From: Octopus bimaculoides
Taxonomy: Eukaryota
Reading direction: 5' to 3'
Assembly: GCF_001194135.2 (NCBI RefSeq)
Contig: NC_068985.1
Location: forward strand, 123,555,477 to 123,594,225
DNA: 38,749 nt
The notes below the pieces were generated by a model. That model was given only the letters and a program-made list of their open reading frames with translations, searched no databases and had not been told where the DNA came from. The first letter of the stretch is position 1. Each line of letters starts with the position of its first letter. Positions 23,043 through 36,000 of the stretch are shown one piece after another. Both the position numbers and the translations under genes were made by a program.

Positions 23043-23257
23043 CCCTTTAGCATTCAGACTTCTCTGTCAAATGCTTGCCTTCTTATTCACATTGGTTTGA
23101 ATTAATCATGCGTTATCTTGTAACTTTGAGATTTTGATAATGTGATTGTTTTTATAATGGCATTGTAAGGCAGGTGTGAGAGGCCAGATCTGACCAGTTT
23201 TAACATAAAACAGGTTGAAAATTTGGATCAGATATGGCCTGTTTAAATGCTAAAGGG
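23043..23257. mobile_element. piggyBac-type MITE (215 bp)
   Basis: 12-bp TIRs ccctttagcatt (23043-54) and aatgctaaaggg (23246-57). TTAA at 23258-61 on the right; degenerate ttta at 23039-42 on the left. Confidence 0.85.
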
Positions 23258-24337
23258 TTAAATTAACCGGTTGTGGAATCATACGTTAAACAACAGGAAT
23301 TCTCCCATGTGTGGAATACATGTGGGAATCAATCTTGCATTACTGTGTGGAACTAACGGTATGGTACTTTCATCACAAGCACTGGAGTAAACATTTCAAA
23401 GACCCGGTTACATTGCAATGGCATTTCATGTTGAAAGAGGGGTGTGTGGGTGTCTTTGATGAGGGAGCATGACACACTTATGGGTTGTTCATCTGCTTTG
23501 GCCTCCTGCTTTGCTACCCAATCCTCATCTGTGGTTCCAAGTAGCTGTTTGCATGCAATAGTGGCTACATGCCAGTGAGCCACTTCAACTGGTGGGCAAA
23601 ACCAGGTGAGAGTAACCAATGGATATGTAACACTTGGTGAGTTAGGACTCGCCTACTTATGCATGTGAAGACTAGTTCTGGTGGAATCTATGAAAGAAAC
23701 TGTTATGGTCCAAGAGAAAGAAAGGTGACTGTAGCAAAGTAAAGTGGAGTGATGAGAGCAAGATGAGGCAAACAAGCTATCTTGGTTATCCACAGCAATC
23801 TATTTCCATCCTCACTTGTCTTTACCCAGTCTTGCCACAGAATTGAAGATGGTCATGGATGAGACAGTGAAGCTGACAGTGCACAACTCTTCTTCACTTT
23901 ATACAAAGTCACTGTGCAGGTCATCTGTTGTCTTTCACTCAGGATGATTAGATGATCCTTGATGTTCTGATGGACAAATGTGCATATTTATAGAAAAAAA
24001 TGAAGATCTCCATATGACTTTACAACAAGTGTAACAGCATAAGCATTAAACAGTGGGGTTACTCACACAAGAAATATACTAAGATATTTCAAAGACTAAC
24101 ATCAAGTGGGCAGACATTCCACTTCAGCAGCTAGAGGGTTCTATTGTTGATTAAATCAATGAGTATGCTAAGGCCAGAAAAAAGAGTTTCAAACTTTGAG
24201 AATGATAATTGTTAATGTCAGACATCTACATACAATTGGTGACATAAGATAGCATTTTCACTAGCATTTATGAGCATTATACTTAAAGCATATATACTGT
24301 TGAAAATCTTCTAAACTGCAGCATTCATCTTGAGAAT

Positions 24338-24389
24338 TGGAGCCTGGTGCAGCCATCTGGCTCACCAATCCTCAGTCAAACCGTTCATC
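24338..24389 (+). mobile_element. small RTE-tail fragment
   Basis: ggagcctggtgcagccatctggctcaccaatcctcagtcaaaccgt matches 27253-27299. Confidence 0.7.
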
Positions 24390-24428
<39 letters not shown>

Positions 24429-24792
24429 NNNNNNNNNNNNNNNNNNNNNNNNNNNNNNNNNNNNNNNNNNNNNNNNNNNNNNNNNNNNNNNNNNNNNNNN
24501 NNNNNNNNNNNNNNNNNNNNNNNNNNNNNNNNNNNNNNNNNNNNNNNNNNNNNNNNNNNNNNNNNNNNNNNNNNNNNNNNNNNNNNNNNNNNNNNNNNNN
24601 NNNNNNNNNNNNNNNNNNNNNNNNNNNNNNNNNNNNNNNNNNNNNNNNNNNNNNNNNNNNNNNNNNNNNNNNNNNNNNNNNNNNNNNNNNNNNNNNNNNN
24701 NNNNNNNNNNNNNNNNNNNNNNNNNNNNNNNNNNNNNNNNNNNNNNNNNNNNNNNNNNNNNNNNNNNNNNNNNNNNNNNNNNNNNNNNNNNN

Positions 24793-24831
<39 letters not shown>

Positions 24832-24844
24832 GTATGTATATATA

Positions 24845-25207
24845 TTGTTGGTATTATACAAAAGTGTCGTAAGTTCAAAACATTGCTTTTTCAGAAAACG
24901 AAAAAATAGTTTCACCATTCCATTTCTTTTTACATTAGCAACAGTTTCAGTGCAGCAATAATACTTTGTTGGGTGCATAAAATTGTAACTCCGCGCATGT
25001 ATGATATTTTCAGTCAGAAATATTTTTGCAAAACTGTTGCAAAATTTTTGAAAAATGCTAAACCGTTGTACTACACTTCCACAATTTTCATATTTTGGCA
25101 TCTGAAGCAGCTGAAGATACAATAGTCTGAACAAAATTAAATATTAAAAAAAAAAAAACACTTTCGGCCAAATTTGGACATATGACAGTTTAACATAATA
25201 ACAACAA
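24845..25207. mobile_element. Tc1/mariner-type MITE (363 bp)
   Basis: TA at 24843-44 and 25208-09. 35-bp TIRs, 27/35 identical: ttgttggtattatacaaaagtgtcgtaagttcaaa versus (rc) ttgttgttattatgttaaactgtcatatgtccaaa. Confidence 0.7.
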
Positions 25208-25788
25208 TATATTTATATATATATGCACACACATAAATACACATATACACACACACACATGCACACATGCATACAAATATGATTTCATATGTATCATTCT
25301 TTTTATGCCTACTTTACACTGGGTGCATTTTACACTCATTAGATCTAGTGTGGTCACCTTGTGAGTTGCAAGACTAAAATGCCTCTATTGAGATGAAGAA
25401 TTAGACATAAAGTTGTTGCTTTATATAATGTGTTTAGGATCTACATTATGCTTCCACTACCTCAGTTATATACAAATAGGATCACCTAGGTAGAAGACAC
25501 TATCGTCTATAGCTAGGGATCCTCCTATGTGCACTTTGGGTTTTATTATTCATGCACATCTGCCACATACCAGATCTGCTTTCTCTTTTAAATTGTCCAT
25601 GATTCCATTGTACTTCTTGCTTGTCCACAGCTTACATTGAGCATAATTTCTATTTACTCATTTTCTACATAATATTGAGCAATAAGGTCTTGTCATTTTT
25701 CTTATAAATATTTGCCTTTGCTAAGTTGACTTGAGGCCCTTTGATAACAAATTTTGTTTCCATACCTGGAATTTCATCTTCAATCTTA

Positions 25789-26016
25789 TTTCTTTATTGC
25801 CCACAAGGGGCTACACACAGAGGGGACAAACAAGGACAGACAAACGGATCAAGTCGATTATATCGACCCCAGTGCATAACTGGTACTTATTTAATCGTCC
25901 CCAAAAGGATGAAAGGCAAAGTCGACCTCGGCGGAATTTGAACTCAGAACATAATGGTAGACGAAATACTGCTAAGCATTTCGCCTGGCGCACTAACAAT
26001 TCTGCCAGATCACCGC
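25789..26016 (-). mobile_element. SINE family B, intact copy with TSD
   Basis: Reverse complement: ggcggtgatctggcagaattgttagtgcgcc (A-box region) ... gagttcaaattccgcc (B box) gaggtcgactttgcctttcatcc...ggggtcgat...gtgggcaataaagaaa. The direct repeat cttcaatctta flanks it at 25778-25788 and 26017-26027. Confidence 0.9.
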
Positions 26017-26169
26017 CTTCAATCTTACTAGAGAGATTCAGCTATAAGAAAGGAGGTCAACAGTATGTAGGAGTTATAAGGAGTTTCTATGTGCATCTAA
26101 TCTTAAATTCCTCTGATATGGGTTGGAAGACTATGATAACTCGAAGGAGACTGAGCAATAAAGCTTTTC

Positions 26170-26700
26170 AGATTCCTATTTGCACATAAAATTCATTGCT
26201 GTACTTGTTGCCAACTCTCACTTCACTGACAGCACCCATGTGCATGGTCTGCATGGCTCACAAAAATCATTCTTCTACTCCTAGCTTCCTCAGAGGACTC
26301 TGTTGAAAGCTTCCCCTATGATGACAAATGCCAAATGTAAACATGGCGGAAACTAAGAACTTCTGCTGTTGTTTCAGTTGGAAAATGGCATCAGAGGTAT
26401 CTTTTACTAGCACAAAAGTAAACTACAGTTCATATAGATTAATATCCTCCTTAATCAATTGAGTTATAACTCCTTCTGTGATTTTCATGACCTGATATAT
26501 AAATTTGATATCCCTGTAATTACAACTTTTTAAGGCATCTCCTTTACCATTGTAACATTTATCTATGGTACTGTTATGCCAGCCATTGGATGTAACATCA
26601 TCATGTACAACCTGATCAAACATATGGGTGAGTAGCCCATGTTCTACTCTACCTTATATTTTAAAATCTCTGCCATAACTCCTGACTGAACAGAAGCTTT
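26170..26700 (-). mobile_element. RTE-clade RT fragment
   Basis: Minus strand: DQVVHDDVTSNGWHNSTIDKCYNGKGDALKSCNYRDIKFIYQVMKITEGVITQLIKE, followed by DAIFQL...EAFNRV...LRKLGVEE...AVSEVRVGNKYSNEF. Confidence 0.85.
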
Positions 26701-27197
26701 TAATGTCTTCTTATAAAATCATGCATTTTTATATATACATACATATATATATGTGTATGTATGGACTGGTGTGCTTACACGAATACTATGGACATTTTTA
26801 CTCCCTTACTTTTACTCCCTCCTCTCACTTAGTGGTCATTCTAATAGCTCTTTTGTCTTAATAACGGTCAACCACACGGTCATTTTCATAGCAATTTTCA
26901 ATGGCCAGATAACTGAAGAGATGGCGGCATGGGTCTCTGCCCTGGCCTCTGAAACTCAGAGTTTTATCATGGCTACCAAATAATTGTCACATTATTTACA
27001 GACAAATTCCTCTATTTACATAATATCGAGGTCTCTTTCTTTCTTTTGTTGTCCTTTCTATCAATACATACATACATATATATATATAATTTGCTTCTTC
27101 GCAATGAAAACCGGTTAGAAAAAATCTTTATTAAATTATGCTTCCAGTTCAGCATTCTGGCTTTTTTTCATTTTCCTATATATATATATATATATAT

Positions 27198-27355
27198 GAG
27201 TGGTTGGCGTTAGGAAGGGCATCCAGCTGTAGAAACTCTGCCAAATCAGACTGGAGCCTGGTGTTGCCATCCGGTTTCACCAGTCCTCAGTCAAATCGTC
27301 CAACCCATGCTAGCATGGAAAGCGGACGTTAAACGATGATGATGATGATGATGAT
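27198..27355 (+). mobile_element. young RTE 3'-tail copy
   Basis: gagtggttggcgttaggaagggcatccagctgtagaaac...ccatgctagcatggaaagcggacgttaaac(gat)n; CpGs intact. Confidence 0.9.
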
Positions 27356-27371
27356 ATATATATGCTACTAG

Positions 27372-27590
27372 CATTAATACACTTCAGGGTGCAAGGTAAA
27401 AGAGAAAAACAGCTGACAATATACCACCTGCATTGACCATTGACCTGTAATCCCCATGCTTGCAACATCTGTGGCCTCCTTTGCAAATTGTTGGTGGGAC
27501 TTAAATGTCACATTCGACATGAGCATTATGACTGACAAAGAAAGAGTATATTGTCGGAACCTCATATATCGAAATTGATGGGAGAGTCCT
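27372..27590 (+). mobile_element. RTE (BovB-like) extreme C-terminus with C2H2-like finger and 3' UTR
   Basis: Plus strand TCNPHACNICGLLCKLLVGLKCHIRHEH resembles the terminal CxxC...GLxxH motif of RTE ORFs. It is followed by atatcgaaattgatgggag, similar to RTE 3' UTR ends. Confidence 0.55.
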
Positions 27591-27873
27591 CTGATTTTCC
27601 ATATATTGCTAACAGAGAGATGAGTCACTGCTATCTCAAGCAGTTGAGCTTCCATATCACTGATAAGATTGAGGAAGACTGAAATCATATGATCTGGATT
27701 TGGTGGGGAGTTATCTCCCACTGGCAATATAAACAAACAAGCAGGCATTCTGCACCGAGAGCCTATATAAGAGTTTCTCTCATCATAAATACAGCATTAA
27801 AGTTTGTTCTAACAGAAAATTTCTGTTTAAGTAGAAATAGATACTACTTCTCAATGTTTACATATATGTATGC

Positions 27874-27905
<32 letters not shown>

Positions 27906-28821
27906 TTATGTATATATATATCTAAATCTCTCTCTCTCTCTCTATATATATATATTTATATATATATATATATATATATANNNNNNNNNNNNNNNNNNNN
28001 NNNNNNNNNNNNNNNNNNNNNNNNNNNNNNNNNNNNNNNNNNNNNNNNNNNNNNNNNNNNNNNNNNNNNNNNNNNNNNNNNNNNNNNNNNNNNNNNNNNN
28101 NNNNNNNNNNNNNNNNNNNNNNNNNNNNNNNNNNNNNNNNNNNNNNNNNNNNNNNNNNNNNNNNNNNNNNNNNNNNNNNNNNNNNNNNNNNNNNNNNNNN
28201 NNNNNNNNNNNNNNNNNNNNNNNNNNNNNNNNNNNNNNNNNNNNNNNNNNNNNNNNNNNNNNNNNNNNNNNNNNNNNNNNNNNNNNNNNNNNNNNNNNNN
28301 NNNNNNNNNNNNNNNNNNNNNNNNNNNNNNNNNNNNNNNNNNNNNNNNNNNNNNNNNNNNNNNNNNNNNNNNNNNNNNNNNNNNNNNNNNNNNNNNNNNN
28401 NNNNNNNNNNNNNNNNNNNNNNNNNNNNNNNNNNNNNNNNNNNNNNNNNNNNNNNNNNNNNNNNNNNNNNNNNNNNNNNNNNNNNNNNNNNNNNNNNNNN
28501 NNNNNNNNNNNNNNNNNNNNNNNNNNNNNNNNNNNNNNNNNNNNNNNNNNNNNNNNNNNNNNNNNNNNNNNNNNNNNNNNNNNNNNNNNNNNNNNNNNNN
28601 NNNNNNNNNNNNNNNNNNNNNNNNNNNNNNNNNNNNNNNNNNNNNNNNNNNNNNNNNNNNNNNNNNNNNNNNNNNNNNNNNNNNNNNNNNNNNNNNNNNN
28701 NNNNNNNNNNNNNNNNNNNNNNNNNNNNNNNNNNNNNNNNNNNNNNNNNNNNNNNNNNNNNNNNNNNNNNNNNNNNNNNNNNNNNNNNNNNNNNNNNNNN
28801 NNNNNNNNNNNNNNATATATA

Positions 28822-29235
28822 TATAGGTGCAGCAGTGGCTGTGTGGTAAGTAACTTGTTTACCAACCGCATGGTTCCAAGTTCAGTTCCACTGTGTGGCA
28901 CTTTGGGTAAGTGTCTTCTACTATAGTCTCGGGCCATCCAAATCCTTATGAGTGGATTTGGTAGATGGAAAATGAAAGAAGCCCGTTGTATATATATATG
29001 TGCATGTGTGTGTGTGTATAAATGTTTGTGTGTCTGTGTTTGTCCCCTTACCATTGCTTGACAACCGATTTTGGTGAGTTTACATCCCCATAACTTAGCA
29101 GTTTGGCAAAGAGTCCAATAGAATAAGTATTAGGCTTACAAAGAATAAGTCCTGGGGTCGATTTGTTGGAGTAAAGGCAGTGGTCCAGCATGGGCACAGT
29201 CAAATGACTGAAAGAAATAAAAAGAATAAAAAAAA
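28822..29235 (+). mobile_element. SINE family A, full-length copy
   Basis: End-to-end alignment with 15995-16414. Confidence 0.92.
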
Positions 29236-29364
29236 AGAATATATATAGCGTATATCTGTGTCTTAGTGTGTGTTTCTCTTCAACTACATGCTGGATTTGA
29301 GCACAGGTCTACACCAGCTGTATCATATGCCAGATTAAGACTCTGTGTGTGTGTGTGTGTCTTC

Positions 29365-31620
29365 AGTTAGATATATATTCAACAAGAAATGTAGGCACAT
29401 GTTGTCAGTGTTGGGGCATGTTCTCTCAAGCATGAGGTAACAAAAACTATTCAATGGGTTCAGATAGTGAAAGCATAACATGGCAACCAAGCCATCTTTC
29501 AGTGTTTGATGTACCAGGAGGGCTACGTGCTACTTGATTCCAAGCAGATGTGTGACTTTTTCAGTGACATGTAACTAAATTCTTCCGGACAGGTTGGAGA
29601 CATTGATCCATTTTAGCCTCTATTCTGATGGCCTGTTGTGATGCTCTCAAATGAGGAAGCAGACTACTTACTGTGAAAGGATGATAACTGCTGAGGAAAT
29701 ATAAGAAGCAATGGTTGGCTGCCTGAAGCAATTGCTGTTGGTGGATGGACTGCACTATGAGCATTATATTTATATGCACCAAACTTAGTTGGTTATGTTT
29801 CAGCAAATGTCTACTGCAACTGGCATCAGAACAGGAGAATTTCCAGAGCTGCAAAACTAGGTATAGTGTTGCTGCTGAGAAAGGACTCAAACAATGGAGG
29901 TGATTTTTAACAACTTCAGGCCTGTAATTCAGCTAAATGCAGAGATTTTAGCCAAGGTATTAGCTAAGAGTTGGCACTTGTCATCAATAATCTAGTAGGT
30001 AAAGTACAGACATATGCCATCCCAAACAGATCTATCTACAACAATCTCCACCTCATGTGAGATATCATAGAAAGAACGGATAAAGAATCTGGCCCTGATC
30101 AATTTAGGTTAGTCAAAAGCTTTCAATAAGGCCAACTATTAATACTTACCAGCTACCTTCACTATAGTTCATTTTGCTCCCATCTTCAGAGGTTGAATCA
30201 CTGCAATGTATAGTGACATATGCTCGGAGGTTAAAGTAAATGACCCTGTATCAAAACTATTCAATATCTTGTGTTTTGTCCACCAATGATGCTTTCTTTC
30301 TCCACTTCTGTATGTGCTGGCACTTGAGCCACTACCACAGAGGTAAGAGGTTTTGTGGAATACCAGCATGAACAAGGTTGCGGGAGAGTAGTGCTGGTAA
30401 ATTAAACACATTGAGGTGATTGACAGTATTCTCAGGGAATGACAAGTGAAAAAATTAATCATGAAAAGTCAGTGGGCCAATAGTTCAATACCTGGAAAGG
30501 GAAGTCTATGTCATCCTACAATGCTGTGGGGTACTGGACAAATGGATGGGTTAAACTGATTGGAGTCTGGTTTGGTTTAAACCTTCTAGTAGTCAACTCA
30601 AGTGAGGTGATGAGCAAGGTTATCTGTCTCTCCTAGTAAAGGACTGAAAGAACTTACTTTCTCACAGCTTGTTTTTTTGACAGAACTGCAGTCCTAGATC
30701 TCAGGAGACTAGATATATAGGACCAAGAGACTAGTCAGAGACTCACAGGCCTCTGCTGACAATGTGGTCACTGGAAGTTCCGCTAGTGTTCTATAATGGA
30801 TTAGTGATGAAATGAGCAGTGACATCCTTGGGAATTAGCTGGTTGGTCTGTTCTGGAGGACTTTTAGGCTGGGTCCATGGATAATTTCCAGAAATCTCTG
30901 ACCTGGCATTGCTACTGAGAATATTGCCAGTTCTCAATAAACTCTACAGGTATGTTAATGAAGAGAATTGTGCTTGTCTAAGATGTGCACAGAATAACAA
31001 AACTGCCCTGCATGTGCTTGTGCAATTTCTGAACATTGTTCACATGTGGGGTTATGTTACACACTTGCTGCTGCATGTAGGACAGATCTTGCTGTTGGCT
31101 GACTCCACTGGGAATATCTGACTCCTTTGTTTGACTGGCAAGGAAAGGCAATTTTCTTCTATCTAGTGACTATGGCAAAAGCAGTTATGTGGTGGATGAG
31201 ACTGATAGGACTGAAGAGAGACACTTTCCTCTTCAGCTGAGTCCCCATTGACTTTCCTAAGTCTCATCTGAAAAGGAGAGTGAGGGTTGAGAGGTAAATT
31301 TGTTGAAAGGTGGGTGAATATAGCAAGGATAGTTCAAAGGAGTGGGCCTACACTAAGTTGGTGCCTGCAAATTGGGGAGTATGGATGAAAGAGAGGTTCC
31401 TCCTACTGGTGCTCTTGGTGTTTAGGGTAGCCTAGGATCTGTGAAAGTTTCCTACCATACTTCTATTTGGGAAATTTGTATGTATAAATTTCTCTTTAAC
31501 TGTTATTGTTTTTATTGTTTACATGTATCTATGTAAATATCTACTGTTCTTTTGCCTATGTATTATCCTATATATCTTCGACTCCAAAAGAGTTCAAGAG
31601 AGTATCATTATTACTATTAT
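29365..31620 (+). mobile_element. Tx1/L1-clade LINE, 5'-truncated and degenerate (copy 1)
   Basis: Plus strand with stops and frameshifts: ITAEEI.EAM...DGLHYE...LLRKDSN...NNFRPV.QLNAE.ILAKVLAK...AIPNRSIYNNLHLM...ALINL.QSKAFNK...FLSPLLYVLALEPL...GVWFG...NFQKSLTW...CLRCAQNNKTALHVLVQ (CCHC-like). The 3' end runs into tatcattattactattatt. Confidence 0.85.
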
Positions 31621-31944
31621 TATGGTGGCTAGCATCCTGGCAAAACAATTTTAGCTTCACCTCTGGAAAATTTGTCAACTGATTTACATTTACACCCTAA
31701 ATTTTAATGTCTACTACTGATTTTTGTATGATTGTGAAGAGGAAATGATCTGCTAACTGTTGGGGAGTTCTTTTTTTTGGATATAGTCCCCTAATTTATT
31801 GGGGTGTTTTTTTTAATATAAATTTTGTATCAGTTGGAAAACTTTGTTTACCTTTCAGATTTCCATTATGGATTCAGTTGAGAGAAGAAAGTACAGCAAT
31901 TAGAAAGGGGGAGACAACTGGAAGAGAATGACACTGACATTATA

Positions 31945-31946
<2 letters not shown>

Positions 31947-31998
<52 letters not shown>
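31947..31998. repeat. (GA)n microsatellite
   Basis: Direct reading. Confidence 0.95.
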
Positions 31999-32005
<7 letters not shown>

Positions 32006-32229
32006 GCAGCATTGTCACTGAAACAAATCTGTATCATTTGATCACTAAGCAGATGACAAGAGCAACAGTAACAACAGCATGAACAGCGACAGCAGCAGCA
32101 GTGATGACAATAAAAACAAAAATAATGAAAGAAGGATGGTGATAGCAGCAGCAGCAGCAGCAGCAAAAAAAACAGGTAACAATAACAACTAAGCATACAA
32201 CATTGTATTTCTAGAAGACAGCTAGTCAC

Positions 32230-35200
32230 TAGGCTCTACATTCACTGGAACCCATTTAAGAGTTTAGTAAATGTCTTTCTCTGCTTCCCCTCAGCCAACA
32301 AAATAAGGAAGACCAGATTAGCTGGTATCCTCAAAGACAGAGGTAATTAACCTCTTCACTTCCTTTTCTCTGACCTAAATGGCTACTCTTAGAGTAGGTT
32401 GTGTAAATATTTGGGACCTGAATTCAGTTTGGAAGTGATGTAACTTGCTCAATGACCTTTGGTAGATAGATATAGATGTATCTACTATTAGTGAGACAAG
32501 AATTTCTGGAGCACATACCCTGGCATTTTTGATGTTTACAAGATTTTCTCATCCTGTAATCTGTCAGAATCAGGTGATAGAGTGGCAGTGCTGATCTGGA
32601 AATCCTTGAATCTTGAAATACAAGCAAACTTATGATCGAGGAGTGAATAGCAGAGAAAGTGGTGCCTTTAGATAGGTGACTGCTTATGCTTTGATTGCAG
32701 CATGTCATTTTGAATTTTCCAGGTGTCTAGAAACTTTCCTTGGAATGTATCACTCTTCAATACTAGTAGGGACTGAAGCTGTATTTTTTGAAGCATGATG
32801 GCATTGTGTAGGACTAGTACATAAGAGAAGGAGATGCATAAGTCTCAATCCCCAGTTTGGATGTTTTTGACTGTCCGGTGGATACCAACAAGATTTCTCT
32901 ATGTACCAGTGTGGCACATTGCAGGTCATCCAGATGATATCTTGATAGTGTTTTCATCAGGCTAGTGGATAAGGACAGCATTAGGTGTTCACGGTCTAAA
33001 CTGGTTGGTTATACAGACCACAAATATGTGATCTGCATTGTTGACTAAGGTGTCCTTACCTGCAGGTAAAAACTAATGAGATGAGATTGATGAGAAAGTT
33101 AAGAAGCAAATGATGTGGCAATTGAATCTCAAACAAAAGCATTTAGCATTTAGCATTTAGCAAGGGTATAGCAATAAAGAGAAGCAGACTGGAGGAGAAT
33201 TTACTTAGCAATGAAGAAAAGGCATTGCAACTGACATACTAGTGTCATGAATGGCCCTTGCCCATTTCTTCAACACGGAACCAAATACTGTGCTGTCAGT
33301 GCTTGGACACTAAAGCATGAAAGCAAGAAAGCTGTTCAATAAACCTGGAGGAGGAGGCATAACGTGGAAACAGAACCACATTCAGGTCTTTGACATAGCC
33401 CCGAACAAATGTGTTCTACTTTCCAGCATCATTTAACTCAAATTTTGGGGGCTGGTGGTGAGTTGGAGGTGGTAGTGGACTTCAGTTCATACCTTGACTA
33501 CCTACTGCTGATCTTGGTGTAAGACACAATGGGTTTTGAAAGACATATAACAGCAGCTGAAATTTTGAAGGTGATGAGAAGTTGCTTAAGGTGCAAATCA
33601 CCCAGGTTGGATGATTTGCATTTAGAATTTTACTCATACATGCCACAATTCTTTGGTGACATCTCGACAGAAATCTACTGCAAGTCCTTGGGGAACTCCT
33701 ATATTTTTGAGCTGGGTCATGGTAATACTGCTGAGAAAGTAATTGACAAGTAGGTTGCAATCGACAACTTCCAGCCCATAACTCTGCTAAACACAGAGTT
33801 TAAGATTTTGGCCAAGGTATTGGCAAAGAAACTGGAAATTGTAGCCAGAGTTTTCATTTGGGAAGTGCAGACACATGCAATCTCAAGCACATTTATACAC
33901 AATCTCCATTACATGTGATACATCATAGAAAGGGTGGGAAATCAAACTAGCTTTGGTGGGGCCCTAATCAATTTACACCACTCTAATATGTTCAACAAAT
34001 CAACCACCATTATCAGTAAGCTGTATCTAGTTTTGCATTTTCAAAAGCTAGACAGCTGCTAGTTACAATAGCTCTGCCTTGGTAGTTAAGATAAATAGCC
34101 ACCTCTTGGAACTTACTCAGTCTGTCATGGATGCCCCTCTTCACTTCTGTACATGCTAGCTCCCAAGCCACTGCTGCAGAAGCTGGAGCTGTTGAGGAGT
34201 TTCCCCTTTGAACCATTACAGTGAATGAGGATTATGTCACTGCCATGGTGTCAAATGTCACAGGAGTGGGCGGTTGACCCTATGTTGAAGGAATACAAGC
34301 CAGTGTTTTGAGCCGAAATAAATCGATACAAGTTGGTGGGTTCGTTTCTTGGTACCTAGAGAGGCAAGTCCATGCCGTTGGGTGGTGTTGTAGGGTGCTG
34401 GATCAATGGACCAGTTAAATTGCTTGGTAGTCTGTATGGTCCAAACCTTCAGACAAAGCAGAACTAGGATGAGGAGAAAAGCAAGGTGACCAGTCTCCTT
34501 AAAGAAAGCTATCCCTGAAAGTTTGTGCAAGAGTGGTGAATGCTTGTATTGCCTCACTGTTGTACCTTGCTCCAGTCTCTGTCTAGAAAAACTGGAGCAC
34601 CTGATCTTCAGCTTTTTGTGGAAGGGATGTGTATCTCTGGTCAGGCAGTCCATTTGGTGCCACCTTTTTTGGTGTGGTGGGCTTGGCATGCTGTTGCTCC
34701 TGGGGTACAGGCATGAATTCTGATTGCCCCATCTGCAGAGATTCCTAGATGGTAAGCCAGTATAGTCCTTGTTTGTGAAGCACATCTTTCTACAACTCAA
34801 TCTTCTTGACAGTGGTACAATCCTGGGTGAAGGAAAGACCAAAACAGGATGCATGGCACCTAGAACATTGTTAGATGCCCACTGAGATTGGTGCAAGTTC
34901 CAAGCCAGGAATCCATAGAGAGTTAGTGAAAGGGAAGACTGAGGATATTCTAGGCGATACTCTAGGTGTCAATGAGAATGAACTTGTTTGTCTGTTTTCA
35001 GAGAACATCCAGGCTGGAGATTCTAATGGGAAACTTTCAGAAATACCTAACCTGGCAGTGTTACTGGTGGAGTGCTTCCAGTAAAGGATTAAGTCTGCAG
35101 GCACAGAAGTGCTGTCAGACAAACTTGTCAGGGATACACACAGAGTGACAACACCGTTCTGCATGCACTCAGTCCGTGTCAAAGAATTATTGACTTGTGG

Positions 35201-35775
35201 AATCATATTGAACAGCCCCTGTTATGTGTAGGGTGCATTTGGCTATGAGTCAAGTCGTTCATGATAATTGCTCTTTGACTCCTTTAACTAGGCAGAGAAG
35301 TTAGTTTTCCTCTGCCCAGTGACTGTTGTGTTGTGGACAAGTTTCAAAGGTCTGAGGACAAACTTTTCCTATTTGAGGAAGTCCTTATTGACATTTTTAA
35401 GTTTCACTTGAAAAAGAAGCAGTTCACAAGTGTGTTTGTGTGTGTTTTTATTTTGTCTTTGAAAGCTAGCTGAGAGTAGCAAAAATGGCAAGAATGGATG
35501 AAACCTATCTAAGCCTAGGTCAGAGAATGATTGTTGAGGGTATTTGCCCCTTGGTGTTCAGAGTGATCTTGGACTTTTGGGGTTTTGGGATTGGTCTTAG
35601 ACAGAGATCTACCTGTATCAGGAGTACTGTTTTATCATCAATTTTGTATGCTATGTACACCTGTATTGCACTTCCTTTTCTTTAATTAGATGTTATATGT
35701 AAATCCCTGCAAGTTATGTAAGCCTTTGTGGTTGTCTCTCATCTGTTACTCTGGTGGCAAATGAAAGAAATCAAT
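32230..35775 (+). mobile_element. Tx1/L1-clade LINE with near-complete but dead ORF2 (APE-RT-CCHC) (copy 2)
   Basis: ATG at 32379: MATLRVGCVNI.DLNS...DIDVSTISETR (APE N-terminus); YLDSVFIR...GYTDHKYV (APE C-terminus); ITAAEI...KSPRLDDL...DNFQPITLLNTEFKILAKVLAK...GCP..LLY...NEDYVT (decayed YADD, 34224-35)...NFQKYLTW...NTVLHAL. 3' UTR to about 35775, then (ATC)n. Confidence 0.9.
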
Positions 35776-35828
<53 letters not shown>

Positions 35829-36000
35829 TATTATTATTATTATCATCATCATCATCATCATCATCATCTTCATCATCATCAGTCCTAACACAACTACTAG
35901 TCATCATCACCCTCCTCCACATCCCCTCCTCTGCCGTCTCCTCCTCCTCATTATCATCATTCTCATCATCATCATAATCATTATCATCTACAACTAACTA
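35774..36000. repeat. (ATC)n/(ATT)n microsatellite abutting the Tx1 3' end
   Basis: Direct reading. Confidence 0.95.

Noticed and set aside
23470-23680. GC-richer block resembling a LINE 5' UTR
   Set aside because: The resemblance is from memory only; there is no second copy or adjoining ORF in the window to support it.
27374-27748. 124-aa minus-strand ORF
   Set aside because: No recognisable domain; the plus strand of its left part is better explained as an RTE C-terminal zinc-finger remnant.
34258-34896. 212-aa minus-strand ORF (also 33482-33760 and 34871-35206)
   Set aside because: Antisense shadows of the plus-strand Tx1 ORF2 fossil.
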